Source: Asterias rubens
Lineage: Eukaryota
DNA: 64,000 bases
Reading direction: 5' to 3'
Assembly (NCBI RefSeq): GCF_902459465.1
Contig: NC_047064.1
Coordinates: 7,068,001-7,132,000, forward strand
Shown here: piece by piece, positions 58,208 through 64,000 of the stretch
How positions within the stretch are numbered: the first letter of the stretch is position 1
Layout: every line of letters starts with the position of its first letter
Notes under the pieces: model-generated
The model's database searches: none
The model's input: only the letters and a program-made list of their open reading frames with translations
What the model was told of the DNA's origin: nothing
Translations under genes and position numbers: made by a program

Positions 58208-59592
58208 TTAAAGAAAATAATGCTTAACAATTTTCTGCTTAGCAGAAATGAGCAGGATACCGGTCACAATTTGTACACACGGCTTGGTAATTTGACTGGT
58301 AACCTGAATCTAGATAGCATAATTTTATTGTGCTTTGCTACTTTTTGTTCTTCAGCAGCTCTATGAAATGACACCCTCATCTATGGGAGAGTGGGGTGCA
58401 TGTTATAACAGGTTGAGAGTTCATAATCCCAGGTACAGCCACAAGCCTCGGCCCAATTTCATAGAGCTGCGTTAGCACAGAAATCAGACAAAATTTATGC
58501 TCAGCAGAATAAGTTTACCAGCCAATCTACCGTATCACATGCATATCATCTTTGACTGGTATCCTCATAACGTTTGCTTAGCACAGAATTGTTAAGCAAA
58601 AATTGTCTGCTTAAGCAGCTCTATGAAATTGGTACTTTGATCGTGAAGATGCAGCCCTTTTTATAAATGGATGGAGAACATGACCAATTGGATTTTATAT
58701 GGTACATTGTATACGACTGGGAAAGGGCTTATAGTGTGTAAAGAGGGCATCTGTTACTTGATACAAAAGATGTAGGTCTAGGTACTGGTTATTTGTTGTT
58801 TAACTTAAAAATACCTGGTCTAAAATCTTGTTGCTTGAAACAAAAAAACTTCCAATGGAAATAGGGATATTATTTTGATATTGGAGGGAAAAATAGGGGG
58901 GGGGCTATGCATCTCCTACAACATTCACCTCTTACAATGAATGTATAAAACCATTGTCCAATGTCATAGAGCTCCTCAAGCACAAAAAAAGTTGTTAAGC
59001 ACAACAAAACTGTGCTTACCAAAATAAGGTTACAAGCCAAACTGCTATGTCGAATGCATAAGTTGACTGGCTCATTTCTGCTTAGTAGAGAAGTCTTAAG
59101 CATTATTTCTGCTTTAGCAGCTCTATGAAATCCACCACTGGGGAGGGACCACAGCATTACTTGCTAAGGGGGCTGAGAGGGGACTAGGCAATAAATGAAA
59201 TGATCAAATGTCATTAATTAAGTCCAATATAGAATATCCCTCTTTAAACTGTAAAACAAACAAGTCACAATATGAATCATCTGCCATACAACTATGCACC
59301 CAATATAAAGTGATACATAAGTTTCTATTAAAAAAAAAAACGGAAGAAGGTTAACACTTGTGCGTTAAAAAAAAAGTTTTTAATAATGGCCAACTAATGG
59401 TAACGGAGAAGCGGAAATGCCATACATTGCTCCATGCAGAAACAGTATAATAGGCAGTATCGAATACGGCGTTACCATTCAACTACCTGTCCCACAGCAT
59501 GACCTTAGTGAGCGTGCTTCATTGATGTACGCGTTTAGAAGAGCTTACATCCTGCCCTACATTAGGGTGACTTTCATAAAAACAAAATAAGT

Positions 59593-59745
59593 CATCACAC
59601 AAGCACGAGTGGAATACAGAAAAATATAGCGCTGCTGCGTCCCATATTCAATGAGGCCGAAGGCTGAGTTGTATATGGGACTCAGAGGCACTATATTTTC
59701 CATATTTCCACGAGCGCGAGTGTGATAACGTATTTATCTTCAAGC
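59593..59745. mobile_element. Degenerate hairpin MITE
   Basis: tcacacaagcacgagtggaa...cccatat / atatggga...ttccacgagcgcgagtgtga around a ggccgaaggc loop. Confidence 0.5.
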
Positions 59746-60288
59746 AAATTTGGCGCGTGACCATGGAACTCACAAGACGCATGGTAGTGATATTAGCCGT
59801 GCAATATAGGTTTTAATCACCACTCCATTCTGCAAATCCGATTGGAGGATTAGCACGTACTTGAAGATAAAGGGGTTTGAATTATTCAGCATAATAAAAT
59901 TAGTAAACCCTGAGTGAACCTGGCTTGTCTATATCAAAATAATATACAGCTCTGGCAGGTGTCGATTGCATCTTGCACCCATTTCAGACGGGCCTGGGAG
60001 CCTCGAATCAAAAAGATCCAAGCGACTCTAGGAGGACCCAAATAAACTTTGGTTTGAGACAGGCGAACTTAACAATAACATTTTCATTACTATACAATGT
60101 AGGTTCGGCTCATGACAAGATCAACATCTGAAACCAAGGGGCTCAAGAGTTGATCTTTTGACTTCTAGCACATCCAGTCGCTCCTTAACTATTCCAGACG
60201 TCAAACCTTACATGTACATACGTACTTAATTTTTTCGGCGCGACTCTGGAGTGCCTGTCTGAAACGGGTGCTACTTCAGTTCGAATCA

Positions 60289-63200
60289 TCATACGTCCTC
60301 GTGCAGAACTCTCTGTTGAATGAACCGATGGGCCAGGTCGTAGGTCGTAAAGCTTATTCCCACAGCGATGGGACCTTTAACCCAGTTCATACTCAGTCCT
60401 TTGTACAATCCCCTGACAATACCGCCCTCGTGGTAAATATCCTTGGCTGTATTGACAATCGTGTCGTATGAGTATTTGGTTATTCCGGCGGTCTGCATCC
60501 GCCTTCGGACGACGTCGAGGGGGTAAGATGCGGATTGGCCGACGAGTCCTGCCACAGCGCCGAACGCCATATTCTGAAGAGGCTTGGGGTGGGAGTGACC
60601 GGTCAGCTCTGTCAGGGGTGGGGGGGGGGAGAAATAGTGAAAGTTGGTCAATTGAAGAAGCCATGATTTGCTTCCCACTTAAATTGTTTTGCCTAAAATT
60701 TCTTAGCAAAAGTGTTATTAAACAGAATGAATACCTTTGAATTATGTAATCATTCAATTGTTTTAATCATAATATAAATGTAGAGGTAAAAAAAAAAATA
60801 AAAAAAAAAAAAAACCTGAAAATTTCGTTTCAAAAGGTGGCGAATTATTTGAGATATCGCCAAACATCTGGAGTAGTTATGTCAATGCAGGAAGATTAAT
60901 TTGTGAATTGGAAGACACAATCTGAGAAACGTGTCTTACAGTTACATCTCCCAGATTCAAATTTTGGAGCATAAGAACTGAGACCCTTTTTCCTTAACCA
61001 CAATACTTCAAAGTGAAATGATTCTCAAAATACTGTATACTATTGAAAGCTGCTGTACTTCTAAACAAGTAAGTTTTTATTTCCATTTTTAATTTGATTA
61101 CCAAACAGATACCTTCCTGAAAAGGTCCATACAAGCCTATACAATGTGTACATAACAGGGAGCTGAGACAAATTATAGAGATGTTATTTGCCCAATGGCC
61201 AGGGGCCAATTTCACAGCGCTGCTAAGCACACAAATTTGCTTAGCATGAAATTTTGGCCTCGATAAAAACAGAGTTACCAACCAAATTTCCATGTGGTTT
61301 TGAGGATATACAAAACAAAAGCTGAATACAAGTGACAAGAAATATGCAACAAATGGAAATATGGTTGGTAATCCTATTTTTTATCAAGGAAGAAAACTCA
61401 TGCTAAGCAAATGTGTGTGCTTAGCAGGGCTATAACATTGGGCCCAGGGCACTAATGTAAAGTGAATTGAGACGGTTATTGTGAAATGCAATATATAAGA
61501 AATAGTTCTTATTACATGCAGGCCAGCCCTTGTGCTCCACAAAATTGTCCTACTTTTGACCAAAAGCCAAAAATCCTGCCTGATAAGATAAACCCATTCA
61601 TAATCTTCACCAAAATGTAACACATGTCACAAGGAATGTACTGGCAGGATTTGGGGTTAATGCATACAAGAGATAGAAAACAACTCTGTTTATTCTGTGG
61701 GTAGTAATCATCAAATTTGACAAAACATGAACAATTCTGAAAAAAATATTGTCTGGGTCCCGCTTTATTCATGACCGGGAACCTCCCAGATGGTGCAATT
61801 CAAATGATTTTAAAATCTATGCTGATGCTGCATATAAAACTACAGACTTTGATTCAATGTAAACTATTTCCTTTTTCCTTTTGGTGATTGATATATTCCT
61901 TTAAATCAAGGATGTTTTGAGAAAATCCTGAAATCAGGAAGTTTTTTTTATAGAAATCAATCAATCAGGAATTTATTTTTGAGAAATCACATCATACCTA
62001 AAACAAGGCTTTTACAGCCAACATTTCATGAACTAAAACTTGCCAAATCGACATCTCATAATTCTTTTTACCTACCTCTGTGTTTTTTCTTCAAAGTTTC
62101 AAAAATGAAGAAGCTGATTCCGCCATAGGGGATGACTCCCAGCACCGTGGGGAGGTAGCCTCGATAGAAACTTGCAAAACCGTGTGTCCGTAACGTCTTT
62201 ATGATGATGCCGCCCATAGTCTTGTGACTGTGCAAAAGTATATTAAAAATCCATGACATTTTCAAATCTTGAACACCTAATGGAAATGTGCATAGCACTG
62301 TATACTCGTACTCAGGATTTGAACTGCCTCTAGCTATAGGGCAATCTCGGTGGTCTAGTTGGTAAGATACTGCTCTGGAATTGCAAAGGTCGTGTGTTCA
62401 AATCTCACCCAAGTAATATGCCAAGGTGTTTTTTTTCACAGAGCTTGGGAAAGTTGGACTAGCCTTAAGTTTAAATATCTCCTAGCACAAGTCATTATGT
62501 ACATGTAAGTTCGTAGTCGTAATTCTTTGTGAAAATCCACCCCAGGTGTTTCTGATCAGCAGAATGCAGGTTCAAGTCCTGGTCATGACACTTATGTCCT
62601 TAATCAAGATATCCCTTTAAAGGCAGTGGACACTATTGGTAATTACTCAACATAATTATTGGCATAAAACCTTTCTTGGGGACGAGTAATGGGGAGAGGT
62701 TGATGGTATAAAACATTGTGAGAAACGGCTCCCTCTGAAGTGCCATAGTTTTTGAGAAAAAAGTTATTTTCCATGAATTTGATTTCGAGACCTCAGATTT
62801 AGAACTTGAGGTCTTGAAATCAACCATCTAAACGCACACAACTTCGTTTGACAAGGGTTATTTTTCTTTCATTATTATCTCGCAACTTCGATGACCGAAT
62901 GAGGTCAAATTTTCACAGGTTTGTTATTTTGTGCATATGTTGAGATACACTAACTGTGAAGGCTAGTCTTTGACAATTACCAATAATGTCCACTGCCTTC
63001 AAGTCCATAATTGCCTTGTCCTTCCATGGGACTTTTAGACATAGTTTCTGTGTACTAGGATTGGTAGTGCAAATAAAAGAGCCCTGAACCCTCATCATGG
63101 AAGAGTAGGTTTACAGGTTTCCTCAGGCTTGCCAGCTACAGTTATTGAGTTCTCTTATGAGGCATACTTGGCTTCATTCCCAGAAACATAAAATAACAAT

Positions 63201-63447
63201 AATAATGGGCTGGGCTTAAACAACGGCAGCCAGGGGATCACCTTAAGGGGGTGCAACCTTTCAATATACAAGCCCGTGTGACGTTGGTGCAAGGATTTAA
63301 CGGATCAGGGAGTATCTATCAGCCACAGACCTTTTTCGGTTAGTTACAGCCATACGAGCCCTGATGAAATCTAGTGGATAAGTGAGTGTAGAGGCTGTTA
63401 CTCCTGCCAAGGATCCAGCGAGGAACCTCGGTAATGGTTCTAAACTC
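60289..63447 (-). CDS. SLC25A42: Mitochondrial coenzyme A transporter SLC25A42-like, last three coding exons (5' exons not found in the window)
   Basis: Exons (minus) 63447-63331, 62227-62076, 60608-60289 with compatible phases. Carrier signatures YPLDFIRAR and [14 protein letters not shown]; [15 protein letters not shown] and [24 protein letters not shown] match the SLC25A42 subfamily. Confidence 0.9.
61203..61444. mobile_element. Harbinger-like MITE (CAG TSD) in SLC25A42 intron
   Basis: cag|gggccaatttcacagcgctgctaagc...cattgggcc|cag. Confidence 0.7.
62339..62460 (+). mobile_element. tRNA-derived SINE head (second family)
   Basis: A-box tggtctagttggtaaga, B-box gttcaaatc, then ttttttcacagagcttgggaaagt. 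Matching body fragments at about 19683-19745 and 56350-56430. Confidence 0.6.
62621..62998 (+). mobile_element. TTAA MITE family 1, full-length, inserted in a SINE within an SLC25A42 intron
   Basis: ttaa|aggcagtggacac...gtccactgcct|tcaa. SINE-like sequence lies on both sides (about 62545-62616 and 63001-63035). Confidence 0.8.
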
Positions 63448-63905
63448 CTAGTTGACAAAAAACAAAAAACATAAATAAATTTATTCAGTGAGAACAAACT
63501 TCATTGAAAGGAAACAATTAATTCATAGATTTATAGCCCTATTCAATACTGGATGCAATTACTACGCCAGATAAATTGTGTTTACATAATAACAAGGAAC
63601 CTTGGAATGATTTTAAACCCCGAAGTGACCATAACGAAAAACAGAATAAATTTATTCAGTGAGTTTCAATCTAAACAGGGCGAAAGCTTTCATTGAAAGG
63701 TCAAGTGGAAATAAGTTATTCATACAATTTGAAAGAGATTAGGCCTACCAAATCCTGGACGCAATTACTACGTTGGATAGATGGTTTTCAATTTAAAAAA
63801 ATAGTTTATGGCCTGTTGCTTTGAGCAGAGTCTTTCTCGAAGGCTTAATGTCAGCACAACAAATATGAGCAGGTAACTAAGTGTATCATAAGCAGTGAAA
63901 TGGAA

Positions 63906-63909
<4 letters not shown>

Positions 63910-63982
<73 letters not shown>

Positions 63983-64000
63983 GAGAGAGAGAGAGAGGGA
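63910..64000. repeat. (GA)n microsatellite
   Basis: About 90 bp of GA dinucleotides running to the window end. Confidence 0.95.

Noticed and set aside
23821-60631. Poly-G/poly-C runs (23825, 50772, 54267, 56450, 60621) as G-quadruplex elements
   Set aside because: Isolated homopolymers with unreliable lengths in assemblies and no functional context.
62339-62420. tRNA gene (A/B boxes); similar tRNA-like text at 23610-23670 and 39634-39700
   Set aside because: No complete cloverleaf. The sequences run into repeat bodies found elsewhere in the window, so they are SINE heads or decayed fragments.
3185-62827. Recurrent small ORFs ([13 protein letters not shown]..., [10 protein letters not shown]..., [10 protein letters not shown]...) that look like a dispersed peptide family
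   Set aside because: Each falls inside a copy of the TTAA MITE. Frames and stops differ between copies, so they are chance translations of a non-coding repeat.

Overview
Eukaryotic (animal) genomic DNA with GT-AG introns and a high density of transposable elements; the repeat landscape suggests an echinoderm, probably a sea star (inference, not verifiable here). Genes: (1) a cluster of five clan-2/CYP2-like cytochrome P450 genes that all share a 358/960/182-bp three-exon layout. Gene A (+) is 5'-truncated by the window edge and frameshifted by a 4-bp insertion; B (+), C (-), D (-) and E (+) are intact 499-aa ORFs; a decayed exon-1/promoter copy lies between C and D. (2) An intact 8-exon cathepsin L gene (-, 338 aa) sits between CYP B and CYP C, with a TATA box and clustered CLEAR/E-box motifs. 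(3) A rhodopsin-class peptide-type GPCR (-). (4) The last three coding exons of SLC25A42 (-). Non-coding DNA contains many non-autonomous DNA transposons with diagnosable TIRs/TSDs, several nested in one another: TTAA/Kolobok-like, 8-bp hAT-like, 9-bp MULE-like, 3-bp Harbinger-like, a 2-bp-AT ISL2EU-like element, and a 2.2-kb near-perfect palindrome inside a cathepsin intron. It also contains LINE fragments (RTE, L2/CR1) and tRNA-derived SINEs. I found no CRISPR array, rRNA or genuine tRNA gene, and no evidence for a wholly new biological system. The most interesting biology is the mosaic, SRS-diversified P450 cluster and the transposon structures. All coordinates were read by eye and need computational confirmation.
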